64,000 nt of DNA from Azolla caroliniana (Eukaryota; Plantae; Polypodiophyta), in contig JBHGNT010000017.1 in assembly GCA_043228905.1 (NCBI GenBank), forward strand, positions 124,001 through 188,000. Reading direction: 5' to 3'. Shown piece by piece: positions 52,475 through 64,000 of this stretch. Under the pieces are notes generated by a model. It had not been told where the DNA came from. It saw only the letters and a list, made by a program, of their open reading frames with translations, and did no database searches. How positions within the stretch are numbered: the stretch's first letter is position 1; each line of letters begins with the position of its first letter. Both the position numbers and the translations under genes were made by a program.

Positions 52475-55400
52475 ATGAAGGGGTCGGATCTTGGGGAGGC
52501 CATGGCTTCGACAGTGGATCAGATATTAAGCGCACGCGAGGGCTCCGGCGCCCTCAACAGAGCCATTGAGGCGGTCGTCGGTACGATCGGCCGGTTCCGC
52601 AGAAAGGATGCCACGAAGTATTTGGCGTCCTACGGGGCGGAAATGCTGATGCGGGACATTCCAGAAGAGAGGCGTCTTGCCGGGTTCCCTCGAGTGGCGA
52701 TGCGGAGGTACTCGAGGTGCGGGCGGAGAGCCATACCTGGGAGGAGTTCGAAGGTCGACTCCTAGAAAAATACAGGCTGGACGACACGCTCCGGCTTTCT
52801 AAACGGGACTTCATGGAGTGGGTGGAGTCCCCCGGCAAGGGAAGAAACGCGTCGGCACTCATCCGGGAGTTCGAAGAACGCTTTGCGCGCCTTTCGGCAC
52901 TTGACCGAACCGTTCTGGATACGAGCCGGGTCCTACTGTTCGTCAAGTCGATGGACGAGCGGGACCGGGATCAAGTCGGCTCCTTGCTGGAAACCGAAGA
53001 CGGGCTGACGACCGACTGGGCTGCGGTTAAGAGAGTCTGTGGCCGTTTCGACAAACGGCGAGAATGGGCTGACAACGGGGCGGCTGGTGCGGGCTCTGTC
53101 ACAGCAAGGAGGCTTGAACCGGCACCGCAAGGGCGAAGGGAAGAAACCCGAGAATGGCTAGAAACCGGTCCGACTTCGACCGGCATGGTCAGTGGCTCGT
53201 CCGGAGGAGCAGCGCTGGAGGAGTTGACGCGGGCGATAAAGGATCTCCAGATCGCCCAGACTCGAAGGGAAGGCGGCGAACCGGCTCGTGACCGACGGCC
53301 GGTAGCAGGGAACAGGTGCATGTGGTGCGACAAGGTCGGCCACATCCGGAAGGACTGCGGTGATTTCGCAGAAGCGTTGAGGAAACGGGTGGTATACCTG
53401 TGGGAAGGCCGGGTGCACGCCGGCGACACCAGAAGGGCCCTGAACCGAAACGACGGGCGAGGAGGAATGAAGAGACTGATGGAAGAGGCAGCGGCCCGAC
53501 ACGTGGAGGCCATCCACTACTCGGCGTCGGCTAGCATTCGGGTCGGGGCCAGCGAGGCCCGAAAGGAGGGCAAAGTCGGATTCTGGTCGGCAATGCTGGA
53601 AGGTCTTGCCGGCGCACGGCTAAGGAAAGATGAAACGGACCGCACTGAGAGACGGGTTCGGGAAATAACTGGGTGGAGCGATCCGGTCGAGGAGAAGACG
53701 GGCTTCGTAGAAGCCGCCTGCCGGAACTACGAGGCTCTGGTAGAAGACAAACGAGTGGGGAAAGCCGGAGCGGCCGGGCCCTCACAACGGTACGAGACCC
53801 GATTCAGGCAACGACGGAACGATGCCGGTGGGTCCAGCTCGCAAGATAACCCCAAGAAGGGCGGATACCGACTGGGGACGGAAATAGAAAGGACTACGGA
53901 CCTACAAAAGGTCCTAGAAGAACGGATCCTCGACGGCAAAGTGGAGTTGTCATTGCGAGAGGTGCTAGGGATCGCCAAGAAGGAGTTCCACGACTCCATT
54001 GTGGACTTGGTGAAACGGAAGAGGCTGTCGACGGAGACAGAACCGGAGAGACCGGTGGAGGTGCGGACGACGCACATCGACGACTCGGCGCTAGCAGATG
54101 AGTGGGAGGAGAGCCACTATTCGAGGCCACACTAGGCCCGAGCGACCACAGAGACCCCGGTAAAGATCGGAGATGTTCAGGAACCGGTGGTGGCGTTGGT
54201 GGACCACGGTTCGGAAATAAACCTAATGTCCATGGACTTCTATAAGAAGGGAAAGTGGCCGATCAACACCAGGCACGGGTGGAAGATACGGGCGGCGACG
54301 CGCGCCACCGAGGAACTGCACGGGGCCTGCCCGAACGTGCGAGTCAAGATCGGCGACGTCGAGATTGACCAGCACTTCTTCGTACAGGAGACGTCCTCGC
54401 ACCCGGTCATATTAGGGGAACCATACATGACGGCGGCGCGAATGGAGACCAAGGTGTTGGACAACGGTTCGGCCTACGCGAGGGTCAAAAGCCAGGACGG
54501 GCGCCATTCGGTCCAATTCCTGACGGTACGACCGAACCACGAGCGAAACCGCGAATCCCTCGGTGGCGAGAACCGGGAGGATTTTTAGAGAGGGCTGCCG
54601 AGGCGTGGGGCCGAGACAGCCCGGACACTCGGGAAAGACCCCACAGCTGTACGATAGAACCGAAACCGAAGGAACCCTGTACGATAGGTAGGAAATTTTG
54701 CTTCTCCAACAACGGAGGATGTATGATAGTCGGCATCGTTGGCCGAGAAAAGACAAGGGCGGAAGTACGACTTCGAGCGTGCGAAGTTCTCGGCCCGAAC
54801 GAGGAAATCAGCGGAGCCGTGGAGGCGGTCTCCTTCGACGACACCTTGGGGATGCTAAGGAAGGTAGTCGGAGAAGACCTTAACAAAGATCGGACGATAC
54901 CGGTATGTTCCGAAGAGATGTACGAAGTCATCGCGAACTTCAGCCAGGGACTCCGGTCGGATCGGACGGCCCAAGTTAGCACGAAGTACAAGACTGTGGA
55001 CCGGAAGGTAAGGCCAGTCGCGGCACCCTTACCGAAGGGCAGTGAGTCCCGAATCAGAGGGGTTGCGTCGGACCCCAGTTTACGAAATCCGGCCTGCATA
55101 GGACACGCCTTCACCGACAGGACGCTCCGGGAGCTCAAGATCGGTGGGGGCGGGTTCCTACTGCCGGCGGAGGAAGACCGGTTTCGGAGAATGCTCGGAA
55201 GGCACGGGAAAGCCTTCGCATTTTCGCCGGAAGAGATCGGGTGCGTAGACCTGACAATCGTGGAGCCGATTGTGATATTCACGGTACCGCATGTGCCATG
55301 GAATCTCAAACCGATTCCGGTACCAAGAGCTCACATCCCGGAGTTGATGGAGCTACTGAGGCAGAAAGTCGATATGGGTATTCTCGAACCGTCGAGCGTG

Positions 55401-58080
55401 CCATACTCGAACCGATGGTTTACCGTACCAAAGAAAAACGGAACATTGCGCTTCATTCAAGACCTGCAGCCGGTCGATAGAGTGACCATTCGGAACGCAG
55501 GGATCGGACTGACCATAGACGAGTTCGCGGAGGCCTTCGCCGGAAGGTCGATTTATTCGGTCGGTGATCTGTACTCGGGGTACGACCAGTTCCAGCTAGC
55601 CGTGGAGAGCAGGGACATTACCACGATGCGAACTCCCCTCGGCCTAGTGCAAATGTGTACCCTGCCACAAGGAGGGACCAACTCGGTGGCCCACATGGTG
55701 AATGCAATGAACAAGGTACTGAGGGATTGCATCCCGAACATCACCATGCCATTTCTAGACGACATCCCGATCAAGGGGTGCCCGGTGGAAGAGAAGGACG
55801 CAACACTCGGACCGGACGGATGCCGGCGATTCGTGGCAACACATCGACGACTGCAAGAAGGTGCTACAAAGGCTAGAGGATGCGAGGCTCACCTTCTCCG
55901 GGGAGAAATCGGCCTTCGGGCAATCAGAGATCCTGGTGGTCAGACACCTATGTGGACCATATGGCCGGAAGCCGTCTCCGGCAAAAGTAGAAGCCATCTC
56001 CGCGATGAAGACCGACTGTAGCTCGGTTACGGAAGTTCGGAGGTTCCTGGGGGCATGCGCATTCTACCACATATGGATCCCGCATTACGCCCACGTTGCG
56101 GAGCCGCTATACGGGTTGCTGAAGAAAGGGCGAAAATTCGAGTGGCGAGACGAGCACACGGAGTCGGTCCGGAAGCTGAAGGAAGCTCTTGCGGCAGCAC
56201 CGGCGCTCCGGAAGGCTGTCTACGAGAAGGGTAACCCGGTATACATAACAATCGATACGAGTCCGACCAGGATCGGATGGGTCGTCAACCAAGAAGACAA
56301 GGATGGCATTCGGTTCCCGATCCGATTCGGCGCGAAGGTCCTCAGTGAGCGACAGCGAGGGTACGCCCAGGTTAAGCGCGAACTCTGGGGTATCGTTTCG
56401 GCAGTAAAGGCCGACAAAGACTACATGATCGGGACAGGAGTGGTTATCGAGACGGATTGCTTGCCAATTCTCGGCATGGTTTCCGGATGCGCGACACCGG
56501 ACCTGGCGATGCTCAGGTGGATAGCGTATATCAAGTCCCTAGACCCGGAAATACGACACATTTCCGGAAAGGACAACGCCATGGCCGACATGCTTTCGAG
56601 GGCGAGGTTTGATGACGAGGGCGGCATGGTTTCGGAGGACGAAGAAGTCGGCGTGGACTTCTTCGAGGCAGCGTACGTGACGACCGATGGGACGAGCACT
56701 CCGGCACTTAACGACTTCGACGAGAGCAAGTACGACGGCGAGTGGCTCCAGATCGGTGGGTTTTTGAGGACAATGACGCCGGATGCGTCATGGACGAAGG
56801 ACGAGGCCAACCGGATGCGGAAGAAAGCATACCGATTCTTTCTCCGGGACAGATACTTATGGAAGCACCCAAAGAAGAGGAACGGCGTCCCGCTCCGGGT
56901 GGTGGCGATGAAGGAAGAACAGGAGGAGCTACTGACGGCCTACCACGACAGCCCTTGGGCTGGTCACCGTGGAACGTGGGCCACGTTCGAGAAGATAAAG
57001 GGGAAGTACTGGTGGCCAGGACTGTACCGGGACGTGCATCAGTTCGTGACAACTTGCGAGAGCTGCCAGATGCACTCCATAGTTCGGCATCGGGACGAGC
57101 TTCACCCTACTTACCCTCCGACCATCCACTTCAAATGGATGGTAGATCTGGTGACGATGCCGATGGGCGTAGGACAGATGCGGTATCTGGTCCTGGCTCG
57201 GGAAGATATGACGAACCAGGTGGAAGGCCGAGCCCTTCAGAACAAAACGACCGCGGCCGTATGTCGGTTCCTGATCGAGGACGTGATATGCCGGTACGGG
57301 TGCGTCGGGAAGATCGTGGCTGACAGCGGGGAGTTGGACGCCGAAGAGGCCGAGGAGCTGTTCGACCGGCTAGGAGTCAAGCTCTCGCTTACCACTGCGT
57401 ACAATCCGGAGGCGAATGGGAAGGTGGAGCGCGGACACGGACCGATCGTCAAGGCGTTAGTTCGGGCATGCGGGGGGCAAGTTGGGAACTGGCCGCGGCT
57501 GCTGCCTTACGCGTTGTGGGCTGACCGAACTACGCACAGTTCGGTAACCGAATTCATGCCGGCAGAGCTCATGTTTCGGCAGAAGCCGGTCATGCCGATG
57601 GAACGTACGATCTCCTCATGGGCAACCGTGGACTGGAGAGACGAGATGAGCCGGGAGGAACTGTTGACGGCGCGCATACGGCAGCTCGAGCGGAGACCGG
57701 AGGACGTGGAGCAAGCTGCAGAAAGGCTTCGGGTGGCAAGGACGAGGAACAAAACCCGGTTCGACCGGACGCACCAACTCCGACCAAAGAAGATTGAGGA
57801 AGGCGACTGGGTGCTAGTCTACGACAGCAGCCTCGACAACCAGCACCGAGCGACACGGAAGTTCGCAAGAAGGTGGTTCGGGCCTTACGTGGTACAAAGC
57901 GCCAACGACAACGGGACGTACCATCTGGCGGAGCTCGACGGCACGAGAATGGCGATACCGGTAGCTGGGAAGCGGATCAAAGCGTTCAAGAAGCGTCACG
58001 ACGACCAGCCGAATCCGGTTAACCTGGACCACGACGACGAACGATCCGAAACCGAAGAAGAACCGACGGGCGGGGAATAA
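52475..58080 (+). pseudogene. Element B gag-PR (to 54588) and RT-RH-IN (to 58080), with three lesions
   Basis: CMWCDKVGHIRKDC, LVDHGSEIN, FLDD, GHRG..CESC, WFGPY. Lesions: frameshifting deletion ~52700, TAG 54133-54135, frameshift ~55843. Confidence 0.93.
54579..54644 (+). promoter_or_regulatory. Putative -1 ribosomal frameshift signal of element B (slippery GGAUUUU plus pseudoknot)
   Basis: GGATTTT 54579-54585 then TAG; 6-nt spacer; stem 1 GGGCTG 54592-97/CAGCCC 54617-22; stem 2 GTGGGG 54605-10/CCCCAC 54639-44; -1 frame open into RT. Confidence 0.75.
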
Positions 58081-59408
58081 AGGCTGGACCGGTTTTCTCC
58101 GTCCCAACTCAATTTGGCGCATGCCGGTGGATGCGCGGTTAGGGGGGGGCGGATGTCGTGAAGAAAACCGTCCACGAGCAGAATCGGTGCGCCGGAGCAT
58201 AGGAACCGGCTCTTCATGCACGTACGCCTTGTGTTGTACATAAGAGAGAATTAGGGTCATGCACGATCCTAGGTAGGTAGAGTCGGTAGGTAGGAAGTTA
58301 ATAGGAAACGGCTCCTTCCTTGCCTATAAAAGGAGGGAGACGAGGAGGGGAAAGGGATCGCGGAGAGTCGAGGACGAAGTGCTGTCGGTTCGAGGGCGAA
58401 GGCTTCTCTCTCTCTCTGGTTTGCAAACGCCATAGCTTCCTTCTGTGCAGGTTTTGGGAGGCTCGCGCTGCTCTGAGGAATGTCGGAGTGCTTCCGGTAG
58501 CACCTCCATCCTACTCCTTCCTTTCTGTGCGTCTACGGACAGGTATCGGCATCTGTTCGCCGGCCTGTTTGGTTGTAACCGACTCTGTGTTAATACATAC
58601 ATACGTTCGTGTCTCTCTGTGTCGCTGTCCCACTCGCGTCTTTGTGTCGAAGGGCCGTGTCCCTGTGAATCTACTCTCGCACGTAGTGGGTCTCTTCTTC
58701 TTTCTCTCTTGCTCCTCGGTACAGGACCCCCAAGGTCCCGCCTCATTCCACGCATCCGCGAGGAATACCTCGACAGCGTGCGTGGAGAAACGAGGCGGAA
58801 CCACCGAGGTCTTGAACCGAAGAGCAGGTGATAGGAGGGGAAAGAGAAAGAGAGAGACGATCGGTTACGTATGAGCAAAGAAACACAAGGACACGACCCG
58901 TCAACGCCGAAAATACGAATGGACACAGAGACAGAGAGACACGAATGTTTGTATATTAACAAATGACACAAAACAACAAAGCACGCGAGCGGTTACAACC
59001 GAACAGGTCGGCGAACAGATGTTGATGCTTGCTCGTCTGTGCACGAAAGGGGATAGGATGGAGGTGCTGCCGGAAGCACACGGGCGTTCCTCGAAGCAGC
59101 GCGAGCCTCCCGAAATCCTGCAGAGAAGAGCGATGGAGAATGAACAGAGGGGAAGCGTTCGGTTACGGTCCGACAGCACTTCGTCCTCCTCAATGCACGA
59201 TCCCCTTCTCCCCGCGTCTCCCTCTCTTTTATAGCTTCAAGAAGGGAGCCGTCCCCCTCATTTACTTCCCACCTACCGAATCTGACTACCCCGGATATAC
59301 CTATGTACCTAATTCTCTATTATATTCATTAAGGGGCGCGCACGCGTGAAGAGCCGGTTCACGCGCGATATGCACCTATTGCTCTAAGGGACGGTTTTCT
59401 TCACGACA

Positions 59409-59674
59409 GCGTAAGATATAACAATTAATTCAGAACAGTAATCAATACGTGAAGATAAAACAAGAAACTTATATTAATTCTCCGCTAAAGTTATACATTG
59501 TAACCGGGCCTTAATATAGGTCACCGGTGTTGCGTACAAAACGGTGCCAACTGGCACCTATTCGGAATCGGTCCGGATCCGGATCGGCATACCGATTCTG
59601 GTCCGTTCGTTCACTTCATAATTATAATCTAATCTACTTAATTAAATATATTCCGAATAATCATCCCTTTCACA
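59409..59674 (-). mobile_element. Outer part of element C 5' LTR
   Basis: Rejoins 45391 across the GCGT TSD; minus strand begins TGTGAAAGGG at 59674. Confidence 0.6.
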
Positions 59675-60007
59675 TTCTGGTCTATGCTCCTTTGCCGGTC
59701 GGGTAACACCTCGGGGCTTGTGGTTCGGGTGATGGGAGGTAGGGGATTCGAGGATGTCAACCAACTAATTGTAGTAGCCTACGGAGAGGGAGTTGTGGAG
59801 GTGGGACTTGGAGTTGAATTCAGACTCATTAGTGGTAAGGACAAGGGGGTGGGAGCTACGAGGAGGAGGAGAAGAGTAGAAGTGGCAGTGGTGTTTTTTG
59901 GGTTTCTTCACACCTCTAAAGCTTTTGTCCCAAACCGGCTCACAAACTGGTTCCTAAACTGGTTTAGGCCTATAAAGAATCAGTCATGATTTTGTGCAGC
60001 GGAAGAG

Positions 60008-60042
<35 letters not shown>

Positions 60043-60204
60043 AGACAACACAAGCAAAATACAAGAAAAACAGAAAATTGTATTAACACTAGCAAGAATG
60101 AGCCAACATTTACAAAGAGAAGGAGAAGGTGCTTATGCAGTCACCTTCTCTCTAAGTTCTCTCACTCAAATTGCCACTTGAGAAAGGGGTCAAGCCGTAA
60201 CTAT

Positions 60205-63200
60205 TGAACACATTGCTCAGCCACCACCGAGGAATAGAATAAATTCACAGAAAACAGGAAATACAAAATGCACGAGGACAATAGAGAGAAGAGTACACAG
60301 GATGTTTTACGTGGAAAACCCTAAATGGGAAAAACCACGGGAGTCCTCGAACTCCAACTATCACTATAAACAGAGGTGTACAATGGTGAAGCTACAAGGC
60401 AACAACCTTGAGCTCACTGTCTTCGCCACATGCGGCGGTAATACACAGAGGCAACGACCTCTTCGTCTCTCTCTCTCTCTCTCTCTCTCGGCTGCTCTCA
60501 CTTCGCAAACAGAAAAATGAGCAACAACTTAAAGCTGTTTGCCCTAAGTCATATTTATACACATATGACTTTCGGGCTATTTACAAATATAGCCTCAAGG
60601 GCCCTTGGCAAACATATTCACAAATATGTCCCCGCATCCGGATCTTTCGTCGGGGTCTTCATCATCCGGCTCCGTAGCCGGGGTCTTCATCATCCGGATC
60701 CGGAAACCGGGTCTTCATCATCCGGATCCGGAAACCGGGTCTTCATCATCCGGCTCCGGAACCGGGTCTTCATCCCGATTCCCGGACATCCGACCATCCC
60801 ATCCGGAGGGACCGTAATCCCAACAAACTCCCCCTTCACTTCGGCATGGGATGTCTTTCCAGTCCGACCCTCTTCCGGCATGCTTCCAGCTTGTCGGGTG
60901 TGAGCACCTTGGTCAGCATATCCGACCCGTTCTCGTCCGTGTGGATCCTCGTCAGCACGAACTCCTTGTCTTCTATCCTTTCCCGGATCCAGTGATATCT
61001 TCGCTGGATGTGCTTCGTCCGGGAGTGATAGGCCGCGTTCTTTGCAAGGTGGATTGCACTCTGACTGTCGCAGTAGAGTCGGTACTCCTCCTGCCGGATA
61101 CCGAGCTCTCTAATGAAGTCCTTCATCCATATTATTTCCTTGCCGGCTTCAACAGCCGCCATGTACTCCGCCTCCGTGGTTGACAGCGCAACCGTCTTCT
61201 GCAGCCTCGACTGCCATGAAACAGCTCCCCCTGCATACGTCATCACATACCCTGATGTGGACCGGCTGGTATCTGCATCAGCCGACATATCCGAATCGGT
61301 AAAGCCGTTGAGTTCGGGCTTTCCGGAGCCGAATCGGAGGCACACGTTTGCCGTGCCCTTCAGGTATCAGAGTATCCACTTGGCCGCGTTCCAATGCTCT
61401 TTGCCGGGATTGCTCATGTACCGGCTCACCACTCCGACTGCATATCCGATGTCCGGTCTCGTACACACCATGGCGTACATCAAGCTCCCGACGGCTGAGG
61501 CATACGGCACTTTCATCATATCCTCCTTTTCAGCCTTTGTCTTGGGACTTTGCTTGCTGGACAGCTTGCAGTTTGTCGGGAGGGTCGATCCGACCGGTCT
61601 TGCTTCCGACATGTTGAACCGTTTAAGCACCTTTGTCACGTACTTCTCTTGTGACAGCCACAACTGCTTCTTGCTCCGGTCCCGGATGATGTGCATCCCT
61701 AGTATTTGTCTCGCCGGACCCAAGTCCTTCATTGAGAAGGTTCGGTGAAGAGCCTTCTTCAGCATCCGTATCTTGACCTGGTCTCGTCCGACGATCAACA
61801 TGTCGTCCACGTACAGGAGGAGTATTAGAGAGTCTCCGCCTTCGAACTTCTTCACAAACACGTAGTGGTCGGACTGCGTTTTGAGGTACCCTTCGTCGGT
61901 CATGAAGGAGTCGAACTTCCGGTACCATTGCCGGGGGGCCTGCTTCAGTCCGTAAAGGCTCTTCTTCAACCGGCATACCAGGTGCTCCTTCCCTTTCTTC
62001 TCGAATCCTTCCGGTTGCTGCATGTAGATCTCTTCATCGAGGTCACCGTGAAGGAATGCCGTCTTCACGTCCATCTGTTCTACCTCGAGGTCCATGCTTG
62101 CCGCTATGCTCAGCACCGTCCGGATGGAGGTCATCTTCACTACCGGGGCAAATATCTCGTCGAAGTCGACGCCCTTCTTCTGCTGAAACCCCTTCACCAC
62201 GATCCTGGCTTTGTATCTCGGGGGGTTTCCGGCATCTCCTGGTTTCAGCTTGAACACCCACTTGTTTCGAAGTGCTCGCTTTCCTTTCGGCAACTCCACA
62301 AGTTCATATGTGTGGTTCTCATGCAGGGAATCCATCTCGTCCTGCATGGCACTCAACCACCTGCGGCTCTGGGTGTCATGCTTTGCTTCTTCAAAGCTCT
62401 CCGGCTCCCCCTCGTCGGTTAGCAGCACGTGCTCTGGTTCCGGAAATCTTCGGGGGGCCCTTCTCTCTCTTAGAGGATATCTCCGTTCCGGAGCTTCGGT
62501 AACCGGTTCTTCCGATTCTTCTTCATCCGAATCCATTTCGGGATCGGGGCCGGTTCCGGTATCATTTTCGTCTTCTTCGGCCGGTTCGGTTTCTTCACCG
62601 TCTTCGGCCGGATCCTCGAGTGCTAACCGGTCCCTTGCCGGTCGGGACTGCTCCTCGTAGAGTTTATCCTCACCGGTCGACTTGGAGCTCTTCATCTTCT
62701 TCTCCGACTCCCAGTCGGCGAGTGTCTTGTCCTCCATAAAGACGATATCTCGACTCCTGAATATCTTCTTGTCGACCGGGTCCCATACTCGGTAGCCGAA
62801 CTCGTCGTCGCCGTATCCGAGGAATATGCATGGCCGGGTCTTTGGATCTAGCTTTCCTCTCCGGTCCTTTGCCACGTGCACGTATGCGAGACACCCGAAC
62901 ACCTTCAGATGCCGGTAGGATACTTCCCTACCGGTCCACACTCTCTGTGGCGTGTCTCCGCCCAAAGGTACTGAGGGTGATCTGTTTATCACGTATGTCG
63001 CCGTCGACATCGCCTCAGCCCAAAAACCCTTGGGTAATTCCGCATGCGCCAGCATACTCCGGACCCTCTCCATTATGGTCCGGTTCATCCTCTCGGCCAG
63101 CCCGTTCAGTTCGGGCGTCTTCGGCACAGTAAACTCGAGTCGGATTCCCTTCGAGCGACAGTATTCCTGGAACTGCCCCCGGTATTCCCCTCCGTTATCC

Positions 63201-64000
63201 GCTCGTATCGCTTTCAGCTTCTTGCCGGATTCTCTTTCCACTCTCGCGTGGAGTTCTTTGAAGACGGACAACACTTGGTCCTTTGTCTTCATCGGTGCCG
63301 TCCACAGCTTCCGGCTGTGGTCATCAATGAATGTCACGAAGTACTGGGCTCCGCCATGTGACTTCGTTTCTACTTGACACACATCAGTGTGTACCAACTC
63401 CAATGGTACACTACGTCTCGTCGGTGGCCTTGAGTGGAAGGAGGCTCGGTTCTGCTTACCGGCCAGGCAATCGGTGCACTTCTCCAGGTGCACGTGCTTC
63501 ACTGGAATAAGGTTGTCTTCTGCAAGCCTCTTCATCCCCTTCTCACTCATGTGGCACAGTCTTTTGTGCCCCGGCCGAAATCAGGTTCAATCGAACCTCC
63601 GGAACGTGTCGGACATCCTTCAGCAACATTTTGCATCCGGTCGAGGTTGTCAACCACACGTCTCCTATGCCGGCAATCCGGCACGTACCTTCATTTCCCA
63701 TCCGAACACAGCCATGCTCACCGGCTGTGTAGGATGAGAAGTATTTCTTCTCCGGGGTCAGGTGGAACGACGCTCCGGAATCGACCACCCAGGTCATCTC
63801 TTCACCGGCAAGGTTCAGCTCCCTTTCTTCGGTAATGAGCATTATCTCTTCTTCACTTGCCGCGAGTGCCGTCGTTCCTTTCCGGTCCTGCCCTCGCCGA
63901 TCCGGACCTCTCCGGTCCGTGGCTCCCCGGTATGCACCGTTTCGCTCCGGTGACTTCTTCGAATCGGTACCGTCGGTTCCGTTGTCTTTCCGGAAATGCC
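60205..64000 (-). mobile_element. Sister copy of the Tnt1-like copia, running off the window edge; 3' LTR ~60205-60825
   Basis: Protein nearly identical to 35109-39185; PPT 60837-60828; premature TGA 61369-61367; ~170-bp deletion near 63570; left LTR boundary approximate. Confidence 0.95.
60635..60785 (-). repeat. ~24-28-bp tandem array in LTR U3
   Basis: About 5 units of gggtcttcatcatccgg(a/c)tccggaaacc. Confidence 0.85.

Larger units (their letters stand above)
51810..58775 (+). mobile_element. Gypsy element B, sister of A, full length
   Basis: 622-bp LTRs 51810-52431 and 58154-58775 (~16 substitutions by eye); PBS TGGTGAACCCGACGTGAA from 52435, matching the plant tRNA-Trp 3' end; PPT AGGGGGGGGCGGA; 4-bp duplication AAGT/GCGT. 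Confidence 0.96.
45392..59408 (-). mobile_element. Gypsy element A (tRNA-Trp primed, non-chromovirus), containing element B in its 5' LTR
   Basis: 3' LTR 45392-46040; 5' LTR split into 59408-58776 and 51809-51790; perfect TSD GCGT (45388-45391, 59409-59412); PBS TGGTGAACCCGACGTGA 51785-51769; PPT at ~46041-46050. Confidence 0.95.

Noticed and set aside
59684-60200. ORFs and LTR-like sequence between element C and the last copia
   Set aside because: Low-complexity sequence with a (GT)n tract; no PBS or termini resolved
60635-60785. CRISPR-like repeat array
   Set aside because: Contiguous tandem units without unique spacers, inside a eukaryotic LTR, with no cas genes
44476-63953. Many long antisense or alternative-frame ORFs (e.g. 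48884-49876, 54485-55309, 61113-61748)
   Set aside because: Shadows of GC-rich retroelement coding strands and LTRs, with no independent motifs

Overview
Eukaryotic land-plant genomic DNA with GT-AG introns and Arabidopsis-type TTTAGGG repeats. The retroelement lineages suggest a non-seed plant, but that is inference. There are two intact host genes, divergently oriented: a 7-exon laccase (460-4771, -, 696 aa, with an unusual ~95-aa His/Met-rich insertion) and a 4-exon class III peroxidase (29495-31167, +, 349 aa). The rest is mostly nested transposons. (1) An old LINE is interrupted by a hAT-like MITE and two decayed Ty1/copia elements. (2) A decayed short-LTR Ty3/gypsy carries two solo LTRs. 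(3) A very young Tnt1-like copia with apparently identical LTRs sits in an older relative, and a sister copy runs off the right edge. (4) A three-level gypsy nest (C>A>B) has two tRNA-Trp-primed sister elements inserted in opposite orientation, each inside its host's 5' LTR. The most interesting signals are: a conserved GGAUUUU-UAG plus pseudoknot -1 frameshift signal located after the protease; near-identical 13-bp target sites with 4-bp TSDs for A and B; a possible multi-kb fold-back transcript from A/B; a near-perfect 149-bp-arm hairpin; and the laccase insertion. All comparisons were made by eye and no database searches were run.
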